A DNA stretch of 64,000 bases from assembly GCA_963828195.1 (NCBI GenBank), contig CAWHDT010000001.1, positions 160,001-224,000 of the forward strand, read 5' to 3'. The translations under genes were made by a program, and so were the position numbers. Under the pieces are notes generated by a model, which was not told the origin of the DNA, made no database searches, and was given only the letters and a program-made list of their open reading frames with translations. Source of the stretch: Candidatus Bathyarchaeota archaeon. Lineage in GTDB: Archaea > Thermoproteota > Bathyarchaeia > Bathyarchaeales > Bathycorpusculaceae. Shown piece after piece: positions 29,413 to 39,800 of the stretch (the first letter of the stretch is position 1; each line of letters opens with the position of its first letter).

Positions 29413-30651
29413 CTAAGTATCATTTGCGCCTTTACGTGAGGATTGTAGAGAATAATTAAGCAGGCTGCAAAACCGGTTATCGCTGCCAAACACATCCCTT
29501 ATGAGACTTCGTGCAATTTCAAGCCTGATTTTTTTGGTTCTGCCATATCGCCCCATACTTACAACCTTCGCGTTCACAAGCCCCATGGAGTCAAGTTCGT
29601 TAATCAATGTGCCTAACCGACGTTGGGTCAGAAGACCAGAACCCATTTCACCGCACAATTCATTGTAGACATCGTATATTTCGCCTGTAGTCGCACTTGA
29701 CTTATTCAAGTGGTAAACGCTAAGGAGCACCAACTTTGAGTGCAAAGTCAAGTTTTTGAGCGCTTCAACCACTCGGTTGTGTTCAATATGTTTTTCTGCT
29801 TGACGCACATGCTCTTCAGTAATCAAAGTGGCTCCTTGTCGCTCAGCAACTTCTCCAGCAACACGTAGCAAGTCCAAGGCTCGTCTCGCATCTCCATGCT
29901 CTGCAGCAGCCAAAGCTGAGCAAATACTCAACGCCGGGTCAGACAAAACGCCATCTTGAAAAGAGAGTTTTGATCGTTCAAGGAGAATGTTCCGAAGCTC
30001 AGCTGCGTCATATGGTCTGAAAACTAGTTCTTCCTCGCTAAGAGAACTGAAAACTCTGGGGTCCAAAAATTCCTTCAGTCGGAGATCATTGGATATGCCG
30101 ATTATCGAAACTTTGCTCTTGCTTAAAGTCTCATTTATCCTTGTTAGCTCATACATGAAAGCGTCTCCGCGGTCTTTAATCAGGGCATCAATTTCATCGA
30201 GAATAATTATGAAAAGTATTCTCGAAGAGTCCAAACCAGCTCTGAATCTATCAAAAACTTCACCGACAGATAAGCCTGTAAAAGGGATAGTCATACCAAG
30301 GTTTTGGCTTAAACTTGCAAAAACGCGGTATTCTGAACCAGTCATGCGGCAATTTATATAACAAAACTTTACGGGCGCTCCATATTCCTTGGCCTTAGAT
30401 TCCAGGTGACTTAATACATATTTTGTTACTGCCGTTTTTCCTGTTCCAGTTTTTCCATAAATAAAAATGTTAGAGCATCTTTCATTCTTTAGGACAGGTG
30501 CGACGGTTTGCCCTAATAACCTTATTTGGTCTTCTCTATGCGGTAATTTTTCAGGAAGGTAATCGTGCCTGAGAACTTCTCTATCTTTAAACAGCCGAAC
30601 CCCATTAACGAAGCTTTCGAATACATCATCTAATACGCTTGGATTTCCCAT
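29413..30651 (-). CDS. cdc6: Cdc6/Orc1 replication initiator
   Basis: GKTGTGKT, ILDEID, GDARRALDLL, C-terminal wHTH GRYGRT. Confidence 0.97.
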   Translation of the reverse strand: MGNPSVLDDVFESFVNGVRLFKDREVLRHDYLPEKLPHREDQIRLLGQTVAPVLKNERCSNIFIYGKTGTGKTAVTKYVLSHLESKAKEYGAPVKFCYINCRMTGSEYRVFASLSQNLGMTIPFTGLSVGEVFDRFRAGLDSSRILFIIILDEIDALIKDRGDAFMYELTRINETLSKSKVSIIGISNDLRLKEFLDPRVFSSLSEEELVFRPYDAAELRNILLERSKLSFQDGVLSDPALSICSALAAAEHGDARRALDLLRVAGEVAERQGATLITEEHVRQAEKHIEHNRVVEALKNLTLHSKLVLLSVYHLNKSSATTGEIYDVYNELCGEMGSGLLTQRRLGTLINELDSMGLVNAKVVSMGRYGRTKKIRLEIARSLIRDVFGSDNRFCSLLNYSLQSSRKGANDT

Positions 30652-30659
30652 TACCCCAT

Positions 30660-31280
30660 CCCCTCGATTTCAGAGGCTCAACCCTTATTTCGTGTGGAAC
30701 AGATAAAGGATGTAGTACAAAAAACTGGTCTTAAAGCACAATAATCCTAAAAAACAATGGGAACCTTAGATAACAAATGGGCAAATTAAGAGCAAGACAC
30801 ACCCCAAAGTTTCTACTGGAAAAAATTCTTGCATTAACGTAAAAAACATCTATTTATAATAATTAGATAATATACTCTGATAGGTAAGTAACAATTTTAT
30901 ATATTAACAGTTGCTATCCAAGTTTTTAGATAAGTTTGCTGCAAATATTTTTTCGACTTTTCTTCACTTTGTTTTTCCCTGAAAACTTCGAGAGGAAACG
31001 TAGGGGTGTGGGTAAAAGGATTTTTAGCGTCATAAATGGGCTTAATTTAAGTGAAAACTTGAAGTTATTCAAAGCAGCCCCAACCTATTCAAGGCTAAAA
31101 AATTTTTGGGAATTTTTTCTTTAACCATCCCTATTTTTCGTTCACAAAACTGTGAATGCATGTTAAACTGCATTAAATCTGCCGCTTAAACAGTTTGCTT
31201 TTACAGCATAATACGTTTTTCTTGTCTATTTACTGTGAACAAGCCACCCCTATGCTTCTACTGGAAACACAGAATCAAAC
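30660..31280. promoter_or_regulatory. Probable replication origin (oriC) with ORB elements and AT-rich unwinding region
   Basis: ORB-like boxes: 30680-30700(-) GTTCCACACGAAATAAGGGT; 30797-30823(-) TTTCCAGTAGAAACTTTGGGGT; 30987-31010(+) TTCGAGAGGAAACGTAGGGGT; 31244-31268(-) GTTTCCAGTAGAAGCATAGGGGT; AT-rich tract ~30830-30960; directly upstream of cdc6. Confidence 0.88.
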
Positions 31281-31440
31281 GGTAACGTTAGCTTTCCAGT
31301 TATTCCGATTCACAGTGAAGCTCGTTATGTTGGACGGATTGCAAATCATAGCTGGTTAGCTATAATAAGCTCGTAATTGCCTTTTCACTTATTCAGCTTT
31401 CACCATAACAGCTATAAGCAGTGAAGTGTAAAGTTGTGAA
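31141..31440. repeat. Cluster of GTGAA/TTCAC pentamers
   Basis: Copies at 31141, 31152, 31235, 31309, 31315, 31384, 31399, 31421, 31436. Confidence 0.65.
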
Positions 31441-31462
31441 CAACACTTGCGGTGTACACCAA

Positions 31463-31894
31463 ATGCCAGCTCGTAAAATGCGTGTTGAGCTGTTCGATAG
31501 CGACGGTAATCGATACACTATTGCTTTCGAGGGTCAAGTAACACGCGATAAAGCTCTGCGCCTCTTGGATCTTGTTGAATTGCTAGGTGGCGCACCGAGT
31601 GAGGGCACAACTGTCGGTGCAGGGGCTTCATTACCAAATCGCGTGCCTTCACGGTTTGAAAAAGTTCAGCTGGTAATTCAGAAAAGTTTTCCGCTGATTT
31701 GGTTTTCCTCAAAGGATATTCAGTCAGTTTATGAGCAGGAGCTTAAGGAGCCAGTCAGCCTAAGTACCGTTTCAACCTACCTTTCCAGGATGACAAGCAA
31801 AGGTTTGCTATTGAGGACCGGCGGATCAAATAATTTGAAGTATAAAGCTGTCTTAAATATTCCTCAAGCTACAATAAAACAACGCATAAAGTAA
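31463..31894 (+). CDS. Origin-adjacent protein with C-terminal winged helix
   Basis: N-terminal beta module KMRVELFDSDGNRYTIAFEG; wHTH FSSKDIQ...LSTVSTYLSRMTSKGLL. Confidence 0.85.
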   Translation: MPARKMRVELFDSDGNRYTIAFEGQVTRDKALRLLDLVELLGGAPSEGTTVGAGASLPNRVPSRFEKVQLVIQKSFPLIWFSSKDIQSVYEQELKEPVSLSTVSTYLSRMTSKGLLLRTGGSNNLKYKAVLNIPQATIKQRIK

Positions 31895-31953
31895 CCTGCC
31901 TAATCCGCGCCAGATAATACCGCTCAAATTACCTAAGAGTTAAATGCGGAAAG

Positions 31954-32679
31954 CTATGTTGGCTGAGTGTTTTCCGGTTTCTTTAGCAGTTTTTCCATCT
32001 CTTTTTTGATACTGTACCTGAAGGGTATTTTGCCTACTTCCCTTTCCAAGTAACCTTCTTCATAGAGTTTCTTCATCAGTCTAGCTGTGTGTTCTCTGCT
32101 AAGCTTAACTCTGTCTTTAATCTCTGGGGCTGTTTTTGAACCTTCGGAAGACAGCATTTCCAATACGGCGATTTCAGTATCTGTTAAGGTGGCCATCGCT
32201 TTGTCACGTTTAATCGGTATGACGGGTTCAATGGTTTCTGGAGTAACATAGAACTTTTGCATTTGGTCCTCAAAACCGGCTATTTTTATCTTAATTGTCT
32301 CTTGTGATGCTTCAATGTCTTTAATCTTCACTTCTAAACCTGTTAATCCCGAAAGAATGCTGGTGCTGCTCTGTGAAACTGTCTTTGAGATGGTGACGAA
32401 CTCATTTTCAATGGGTGCAACTTTTCTTTCTAATGTTTCTACTTTCCTTAGGCTTGTATCTGTTTTTGCCAAGTTTCCTTCTATCTTGAACGCGACGGCA
32501 TCTAATTTATCAGCTTCGCGCTTCAGCTCTCGGTTAAAGCTAACAACAATATCTTCTACAATGCCCTTGGCTTTCTCATATTCTTTCTGCGCCTTATGTA
32601 TTTGCCTATAATATTCAAATGACGCTGCTACCGTGGCTGTTAGCAAAACTCCTAAAAGTATTGTTACAAAGTCAACCGT
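31954..32679 (-). CDS. Membrane-anchored coiled-coil protein with C-terminal winged helix
   Basis: Frame is open upstream of TTG 32646 to 32685, giving TM FVTILLGVLLTATVAASFEYY; heptad-rich middle; wHTH LTDTEIAVLEML...SREHTARLMKKLYEEGYLER; start uncertain (ACG at 32679). Confidence 0.85.
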   Translation of the reverse strand, partial: TVDFVTILLGVLLTATVAASFEYYRQIHKAQKEYEKAKGIVEDIVVSFNRELKREADKLDAVAFKIEGNLAKTDTSLRKVETLERKVAPIENEFVTISKTVSQSSTSILSGLTGLEVKIKDIEASQETIKIKIAGFEDQMQKFYVTPETIEPVIPIKRDKAMATLTDTEIAVLEMLSSEGSKTAPEIKDRVKLSREHTARLMKKLYEEGYLEREVGKIPFRYSIKKEMEKLLKKPENTQPT

Positions 32680-32967
32680 GATCTTTCATCTCTGTGATTC
32701 ATACGTGATTTCCTTTGTTGCATCACATATCACAGTTATCCATGGACTTTTTAAGTTTTGTGGTTATGTAAAAACATGTATGCCATGATATCACATATCA
32801 CAGTACTCTTCACTGCCTTAGGCTTTGTTGAATAGCCAGCAAATAAACTATGATTCGAGCTTATTTTAATATTTAAGCCTCAATAGTGACCATTATTTTT
32901 GACATTATTCTCTACTTCCTAAACGTTAAAATTTGTATTTACTTTCTGTGATTTGTGACGTCACAAA
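32678..32967. repeat. Cluster of GTGA(T/C) pentamers, 15-bp direct repeat and 16-bp palindrome
   Basis: 11 copies; ATCACATATCACAGT at 32722 and 32790; TTTGTGACGTCACAAA at 32952-32967. Confidence 0.8.
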
Positions 32968-32969
32968 CG

Positions 32970-33440
32970 CTATTCTGATGGACTTGACAGCCGTTTCAGG
33001 CTTGTTTCAAGCTCTTCCCGTATGATTTCCAGCACTTTTAGATGGTCTTTTAGCTCTTCTGCTTTGTCTGGAGTCGTCTGATGTGCCTCCACATATTCGT
33101 GCAGTTTATTGGCTATTTCGAGATAAGGGTCGAGAGTTGTGCTGTCAAACACACCCAAATACCCTAAAAGTAACACCGTGTAGATTGATTTTATTACGTT
33201 TTCTTTAGACTGTTTTAATGTCCTGTTGAAGGAGCCTCGGCTTATTTTAGCCTTAGTTAGCCTTAAATTGGCTTTTTCATCGTATTTTAGCTGTTTGCCT
33301 GAAATATTCTCTGCCAAAACGTCTATTAGGAATGTTTCAAGCTGGGTTTTAGTTAATTGGCTGTTCTTAGCCAGTATTTGAACAACGGGGTCGTTTAACG
33401 CCCCGCTCAACCATGCTTGAACACCGTCTTTTAACTTCAA
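32970..33440 (-). CDS. Helical protein with putative HTH
   Basis: SQLTKTQLE...KISRGSFNRTLKQSKENVIKSIYT. Confidence 0.8.
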   Translation of the reverse strand: MKLKDGVQAWLSGALNDPVVQILAKNSQLTKTQLETFLIDVLAENISGKQLKYDEKANLRLTKAKISRGSFNRTLKQSKENVIKSIYTVLLLGYLGVFDSTTLDPYLEIANKLHEYVEAHQTTPDKAEELKDHLKVLEIIREELETSLKRLSSPSE

Positions 33441-33768
33441 ACTCTCTGTTACCTCAACAATCTGAATGGATACGCTTTTGTATACTGCCCCTGCCTTTTA
33501 AGTCTTAGCTGCTTAAATTTTGCTATTTTGTAAAGAAATAAGCCTCAATAAATAGTTCAATCGGTAAAATAACTCAGGTGATGGAGTGTTTATCCTATTA
33601 AAGCGATATTACATTCAATTAACAAATAAACGGCAAAATTATTGGGTATTTGCTGGGCGCTTTGTACGGGATTTTACACAAAAAATGTAGTTTTGTAGTG
33701 TTCTCTGATTGATGCTTATCTTTTAATTAACGGTTTTTTGTTCTATAGCTGTCGTTACGATCTTCTTT

Positions 33769-33919
33769 GTGACCTTTGACACTTCATTTTCTATGTTATG
33801 ACTACCCATGTGATGCAAAACGACAGCGTGACATCAACCATCACGTCAAAATCACCGTGATTAATCAACAAATCACTTGACATCACGCAAGTGCCATGGA
33901 CTTGTGATGTCAGTGTGAT
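33769..33919. repeat. Second cluster of GTGA(T/C) pentamers
   Basis: 10 copies in ~150 bp (33769, 33810, 33828, 33840, 33851, 33857, 33872, 33882, 33904, 33915); CCATGGACTT shared with 32740. Confidence 0.8.
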
Positions 33920-33961
33920 TTACTCTCCTCAGTCTCCCGAATGGACAATTTGCGCGTTAAC

Positions 33962-34795
33962 TCAAAGAAGTTCAGAGTACTCTTTTAATTTATCAAAAAG
34001 TTCGGGTCGCAGGTCCCTTAAGGTGGGGATGAACGTCTCCGCCGTTTTTAAGTCATTATAGTCTACTTCGCACATTACAAAGTCTTCCTCATCATACTTT
34101 GCTTTTGCAACTAGATCTCCGTTTGGGCTAACCAGTCTGCTTCCTCCCCAGAATTGTAGACCGTCTTGAACGCCTGCGAGGTTAACGTAAGCAAGGTAAG
34201 CGGTGTTTTCTATTGCTCTTGCGCAAGTTAGAGTTTCAAAGTAACTCCTGCGCACTGCTGGAGATGCAGATATGCATACGATTAATTGTGCCCCCTTCAA
34301 ACGTGTAAGCCTCAGCACTTCGGGGAAGAAAATGTCATAGCAAATGCATAAGCCAATGTTGCCCAAATCTGATTGGAACGCGGCTGCTTGGTAACCTGGG
34401 CGGAAATACCTCTTCTCTTCAAACACGCTGTGAGTGGGCAAATACATTTTACGGTATTTCCCGATTAAACCCTTGGGACCAACAAATACGGCTGTGTTAA
34501 ATACTGTTGCTTTGGTTTTTTCGCTTAACTCAGGCATACCGAAAATAATGTGCATGCCTGTCTTTTTTGTCAGCGCTTCCACCTTCTCAACTGTTGGACC
34601 TGGAATTGTTTCAGCCAACTCGTAGATTTGGTCTCTAACTACGTAGCCAGTTAATGAAAGCTCTGGAAAAATAGCTAGATCTGCCCCTTGCTCTTTGGCT
34701 TTGAAGGTTAATGATTCTATTTTCTGGAGGTTAGCTTCTTTGTTTTCTCGTCTGCTGCTTATTTGGGCAAGGGCAAGTTTTATCTTGTCTTTCAT
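33962..34795 (-). CDS. Carbon-nitrogen hydrolase (nitrilase family)
   Basis: Catalytic triad motifs FPEL, YRK, ICYD. Confidence 0.93.
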   Translation of the reverse strand: MKDKIKLALAQISSRRENKEANLQKIESLTFKAKEQGADLAIFPELSLTGYVVRDQIYELAETIPGPTVEKVEALTKKTGMHIIFGMPELSEKTKATVFNTAVFVGPKGLIGKYRKMYLPTHSVFEEKRYFRPGYQAAAFQSDLGNIGLCICYDIFFPEVLRLTRLKGAQLIVCISASPAVRRSYFETLTCARAIENTAYLAYVNLAGVQDGLQFWGGSRLVSPNGDLVAKAKYDEEDFVMCEVDYNDLKTAETFIPTLRDLRPELFDKLKEYSELL

Positions 34796-34806
34796 TTCAG
34801 TTTCCT

Positions 34807-35649
34807 TCAATATGTATGTCTGGGAAGCCTAAAATCGTTTCCCACTGTTCTATACCCCATTTTCGGGGCTATTGGCATTCTCCTTTTATGCTCATTTGCG
34901 AGCCATCTAGCCTTGACTTTGTCCACGAGTGATTTCTCTATTGTTAGCTGATTGGCAATCTCTTCAGTGGCCATAAACCGCTCTAACCCATAAAGAATCA
35001 GATCCAGCGTTTCATACTTGATTCCAAGTTCATTTTCCGCGGTTTGGTTTGGCCAAAGCGCCGGTGTGGACGGTTTTAAGGCGAGCTCCTCGGGGATTCC
35101 TAAATGAATTGCGAGTTTGCGGACTTGAGTTTTGTACAAATCCATAATTGGGGTTATGTCAGCTGCGGCGTCTCCCCATTTAGTGAAGTAACCCATCATT
35201 GTTTCTGATTTGTCGGAGCTTCCGCAGACGATTTTGTTAAGTTTGTTACCGTAATAGTAGAGGTAAACCATTCTAGTTCGCGCTTTAATGTTTCCTTTAC
35301 AAAGCCTGTCTTTTGCTTCAAAAACTGGAATACCCTTATAGAAACATTCTAAGACACTTGATATGTCACAGATTTGTGTTTGCAATTTAAATTTGTCTGC
35401 AACGATTTTTGCATCGTCAATGTCTTTTTGGTTAAAGTTTTCTTTTTCTGGCAGCATGAGAGCCAACACGCTGTCTCCGCCTATAGCAAGACTTGAAAGT
35501 GCAGCTATTGTTGCGCTGTCGATTCCTCCTGATAGGCCAAGCACTATGCCTTTTGCTCCGGCGTTTTCAACGTAATCTTTGATAAAACGGCAAATTCTAG
35601 TTTGCGTTTCTGATGAGTCTATTTCTAAGACAGAAAGGGTTAATTTCAT
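34807..35649 (-). CDS. nadE: NAD+ synthetase
   Basis: GLSGGIDS, GNIKARTRM, GYFTKWGD, LYKTQV, HKR. Confidence 0.96.
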   Translation of the reverse strand: MKLTLSVLEIDSSETQTRICRFIKDYVENAGAKGIVLGLSGGIDSATIAALSSLAIGGDSVLALMLPEKENFNQKDIDDAKIVADKFKLQTQICDISSVLECFYKGIPVFEAKDRLCKGNIKARTRMVYLYYYGNKLNKIVCGSSDKSETMMGYFTKWGDAAADITPIMDLYKTQVRKLAIHLGIPEELALKPSTPALWPNQTAENELGIKYETLDLILYGLERFMATEEIANQLTIEKSLVDKVKARWLANEHKRRMPIAPKMGYRTVGNDFRLPRHTY

Positions 35650-35750
35650 TTGGCTTCACGCAGCCCCATATATTCTTGGTTTCTAGGCAAGTATTTAAGC
35701 ACAAGCATAAATATTACTCAACATTATCATCGATTTGGAAGGCTGTTATA

Positions 35751-36020
35751 TTGGGTCGAAGAAGGAAAAAAGTAGTTCATATTCCTAAGAAACGGTTACC
35801 TAAATTCTTCTCTTGCCCAAAATGTGGAAAAGAGACAGTGAAAGTCGAAATATCCAGAGAAGACGGTGGCCACTCTGTTGCACAATGCAGTAGTTGCGGT
35901 CTTAAAGAAGAGTTCCCAGTTAAACCCGCTCAAGGTGAAGTTGACGTTTACTGTATGCTTACAGACCGTGTTTATGGTTCCACAAAAAGAACCCCTGTAG
36001 CAAACATAAAAAAAGAGTAA
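35751..36020 (+). CDS. elf1: Transcription elongation factor Elf1-like zinc ribbon
   Basis: TTG start, GRRRKK, FSCPKC...CSSCG, VDVY. Confidence 0.88.
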   Translation: MGRRRKKVVHIPKKRLPKFFSCPKCGKETVKVEISREDGGHSVAQCSSCGLKEEFPVKPAQGEVDVYCMLTDRVYGSTKRTPVANIKKE

Positions 36021-36036
36021 TCGAAGGATTATCGCT

Positions 36037-36783
36037 TTGCTTGGGACTACTGAAAAGTACCTACTTGAAAAAATAAAGACCGACGGGTCAATCCACATAA
36101 CTCTTATTGACCCAGAAAAAGTGTCAGCCCTACAAGCTTCACGCATCGCTGCAAACTCTGAAAACAGCGGCACCGCCGCCGTAATGATAGGCGGCTCAAC
36201 ATTTGCGTCTCAAAGCCATCTTGACGACGTCGTGAAAGCCATAAAGTGCTCTGTAAAAATTCCTACAATACTTTTCCCAAATAACATAACTGGAATCAGC
36301 AGTTATGCAGACGCCATTTGGTTTATGTCGCTTTTAAATTCGGTTGACCCCTACTTTCTTATGGGCGCCCAGATTCTTGGAGCCCCACTTGTCAAAAAAT
36401 ACGGTTTAGAACCTATTTCTATGGGTTACATAATTGTTGGGGACGGCGGCACTGCCGGCATAGTGGGAAAAGCTATCTCCGTACCATACACGAAACCTGA
36501 ACTTGCAGCTGCCCATGCCCTTGCAGGTCAATACCTAGGCATGCGCTTCATTTACTTGGAAGGCGGGTCTGGAGCAGCAAATCCTGTACCTCCAGAGATG
36601 ATTCACGCCGTTAAGCACTTGATTGAAATTCCCCTTATAGTTGGCGGCGGAATACGAACTAAAGAGCAAGCTGTTGCGGCTGTTTCTTCAGGGGCAGACA
36701 TAATCGTTACCGGCAATGTTACAGAGACCAGTGATGCCCAGCAAAAGATTTCTGAAATAATCAAGGCGATTAAAGGCATTTAA
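36037..36783 (+). CDS. Geranylgeranylglyceryl phosphate synthase
   Basis: HITLIDP, MIGGST, YLEGGSGA, VGGGIR, ADIIVTG. Confidence 0.95.
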   Translation: MLGTTEKYLLEKIKTDGSIHITLIDPEKVSALQASRIAANSENSGTAAVMIGGSTFASQSHLDDVVKAIKCSVKIPTILFPNNITGISSYADAIWFMSLLNSVDPYFLMGAQILGAPLVKKYGLEPISMGYIIVGDGGTAGIVGKAISVPYTKPELAAAHALAGQYLGMRFIYLEGGSGAANPVPPEMIHAVKHLIEIPLIVGGGIRTKEQAVAAVSSGADIIVTGNVTETSDAQQKISEIIKAIKGI

Positions 36784-36865
36784 TTTAGCCTCAAAGTTTC
36801 TTTTGCCTTTTGTGCTTAGTTTTTAGAAAGCCAAAATAAGCCATTGTTCTATATGTTGCCAAGGG

Positions 36866-39800
36866 ATGCCACGCGCGTTGAATATCAGCAAGGGCTATCA
36901 GAACTACGTTGAATCGATGGAAAATGAGCTGAAGCGATTGTATGCTTTAAGCGACAGCGCTCGGTCAGAAGGCTTTGATCCCTCGTTGAAAACAGAATGC
37001 ATCGTCGCCCAAGATATCGCTGACTTAGTAGAAGGGCTAGTAGGACCCAAAGAAGTGGCGTTAAGCATCAGAGAATTAAGCACTAAAATGCAAAGGGAAG
37101 AAATTGCGTTCAAAGTTGCTGAAGAAATCGTACTGGGCAAATTCGGCCACATGGAACCTGAAAAAGCCGCTGAGCAAGCGATCCGAACTGCCTTAGCAGT
37201 TTTCACCGAGGGCTTAACTGCAGCGCCAATACAGGGTATAGCCCAAGTCAAAATAAAAACTAACGCTGACCGGACACGCTATTTAGCCGTTTACTTTGCG
37301 GGTCCAATACGGTCGGCAGGCGGAACGGACCAAGCGTTAACTTTGGTTGTAGGCGACTTCGTGCGCAGCCGATTAGGCTTGGACAAATACAAGCCCACAG
37401 AGGAAGAAGTCTCCCGTTTTATAGAGGAGCTAAGATTGTACGAGCGTTCAGTAGGCCGTTTCCAATACCACATTCCCGATGACGAATTAAAGAAGGCGCT
37501 TAACCTCATCCCAGTCGAATGCACCGGCACCGAATCAGACCCAGTAGAAGTTTCATCATATCGTAACCTTCCACGGGTAGAAACCAACCGAGTGCGAGGT
37601 GGAGCCCTAAGGGTCGTAAACGACGGCATCGTTGGACGTGCCCAAAAAGTCTTCGTAATTATCGATAAAATAGGTTTCCAAGGTTGGGACTGGCTCAGAG
37701 AATTCAAAAAGAAATCCGAAAAAAAGTCAGGCGGCTTTATGGATGATGTAATTGCCGGGCGACCGATTTTTGCTTTCCCTTCAAGACGCGGCGGCTTCAG
37801 GCTGCGTTATGGCAGGTCTCGGAACACCGGGCTTTCGGCAGTAGGCATTCACCCCGCCACTATGCTTGTTGTGGAGAACTTTCTTGCCGCAGGTACCCAG
37901 ATGCGTTTGGAGCTTCCAGGAAAAGGATGCGTAACGCTTCCTGTTGACACAATAGAGCCTCCTGTTGTTTTGCTCAAGGATAATTCTGTTGTCAGAGTAA
38001 CATTGGAAAATTTTGCTGATGTCAAGGGTAAAGTCCAGAAAATCTTGTTTTTAGGAGACATCCTGATCAGTTTTGGCGACTTTCTCTATACCAGCAAAGG
38101 GCTTCCTCCTTCAGGGTACGTTGAGGAATGGTGGGTCAAAGACCTGCAGCAATCCCTTAACGCAAAATTCGGTTCAGACTATAATAAAGCAGCAGAATCC
38201 ACCCACGTGCCTAAAGAAAGACTAAATTGGTTTATTGAAGATCCCTTTAGGAATAAACCCACCACTAAAGAGGCAATTCTTCTTAGTCAGCGGTTGGGCA
38301 TACCTTTGCATCCAGCTCAAACATTCTTTTGGTCAAGCCTATCTGGGGTTGAAGAAGTCGAATTGCTGAAAAAATGGTTGACTTCTTGCGAAGTTGCCTT
38401 GGAAGATGAAGTTGTATGCAAAATTTCCGGGGAAGCCAACGAAGATACAATAAAACTTCTCAGGCGAATCTTTGCACCGCACAAACTGATGGATAACAAG
38501 ATTTTGCTGGAAGGCGAAGATGCTGCCGCTTTCGCGTTCTGTCTTGGCTATGCTAAACCAAACGTTGTTAGCGTGGTCCAAGATGACGGCGTTTTCGGGG
38601 CGCTTAGCTTGCTTTCCGGAGTGCAAGTTAAGGATAAAGCACCTACCTATGTTGGTGGACGCATGGGAAGGCCCGAAAAGGCTAAAAGGCGAGAGATGAA
38701 ACCGCTTGTCCACGTTCTTTTCCCAGTTGGCTTAGCTGGCGGGACACACAGAGACCTTTTGGAAGCCGCAAAGCAAGGTCACGTGTTTGTTGAGATGGTT
38801 AAAAGAAAGTGTCCTAACTGTAAAAGCTACACTTTAAAGGTAAAATGCCCTAGTTGCGGAAGCGCCACTGTAACAGAGAAAAGTTGCCCTCGCTGCGGAA
38901 AAGCCTTGAAGGAAAGTAGTTGCCCCACATGTAAAAAAGAAGCGACGCAGTATCAGCGGCAACCAGTCAACTTTAAAGAAATGGTTGATGCAGCATGCAA
39001 GTCAATTAATTATCCAACTCCCAAAATGCTACGTGGCGTAAAAGGATTAATTAACAAAGATAAAACACCTGAAATTATCGAAAAAGGACTGCTAAGGGCA
39101 AGACACGAGTTATCAGTTTACAAAGATGGGACAATTCGCTTTGACGCCACAAATGCCCCTCTTACTCATTTTACCCCTATCGAAATTGGCGTGCCCCTTG
39201 AAAAAATCAGGAAGTTAGGGTACTGCAGCGATACGCATGGGGCACCATTGGTTGATCCCAATCAGGTTTGTGAGCTTAAAGTTCAAGACATTGTTATTCC
39301 CGTGCAGGCTGGCGAATACTTTCTTCAGATAGCAGCTTTCATCGATGATCTGTTGGTAAGGGTCTACAAGCTTCCAGCTTACTATAACGTTAAGAAACCT
39401 GAAGATCTTGTCGGCCACTTGATTTTTGGCTTAGCTCCCCATACGTGTGCTTGCATTTTGGGCCGCATAATAGGTTACACAAATCGTAACGTGATTTATG
39501 CTCATCCAATCTGGCACTCAGCCAAACGCCGTGACTGCGACGGCGATGAAGACGCAATCATGCTTGCATTGGATACGCTGCTGAATTTTTCACGTGTTTA
39601 TTTGCCCGATCAAATAGGCGGAATTATGGATGCTCCTATTCTTTTAATTCCGTTTGTTAACACAAAGGAAGTGCAGAGGCAGGCGCATGATTTTGACGTT
39701 GACGCTTCTTATCCGCTTGAATTCTACAAAAAAACTTTGGAGAAAGCCGAGGTAAGATCTGTTAGCTCGATTATGGATGTTATTAGTCACAGGCTTGGAA

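Noticed and set aside
30936-31124. 62-aa ORF inside the origin
   Set aside because: Overlaps an ORB element and AT-rich DNA; composition looks non-coding
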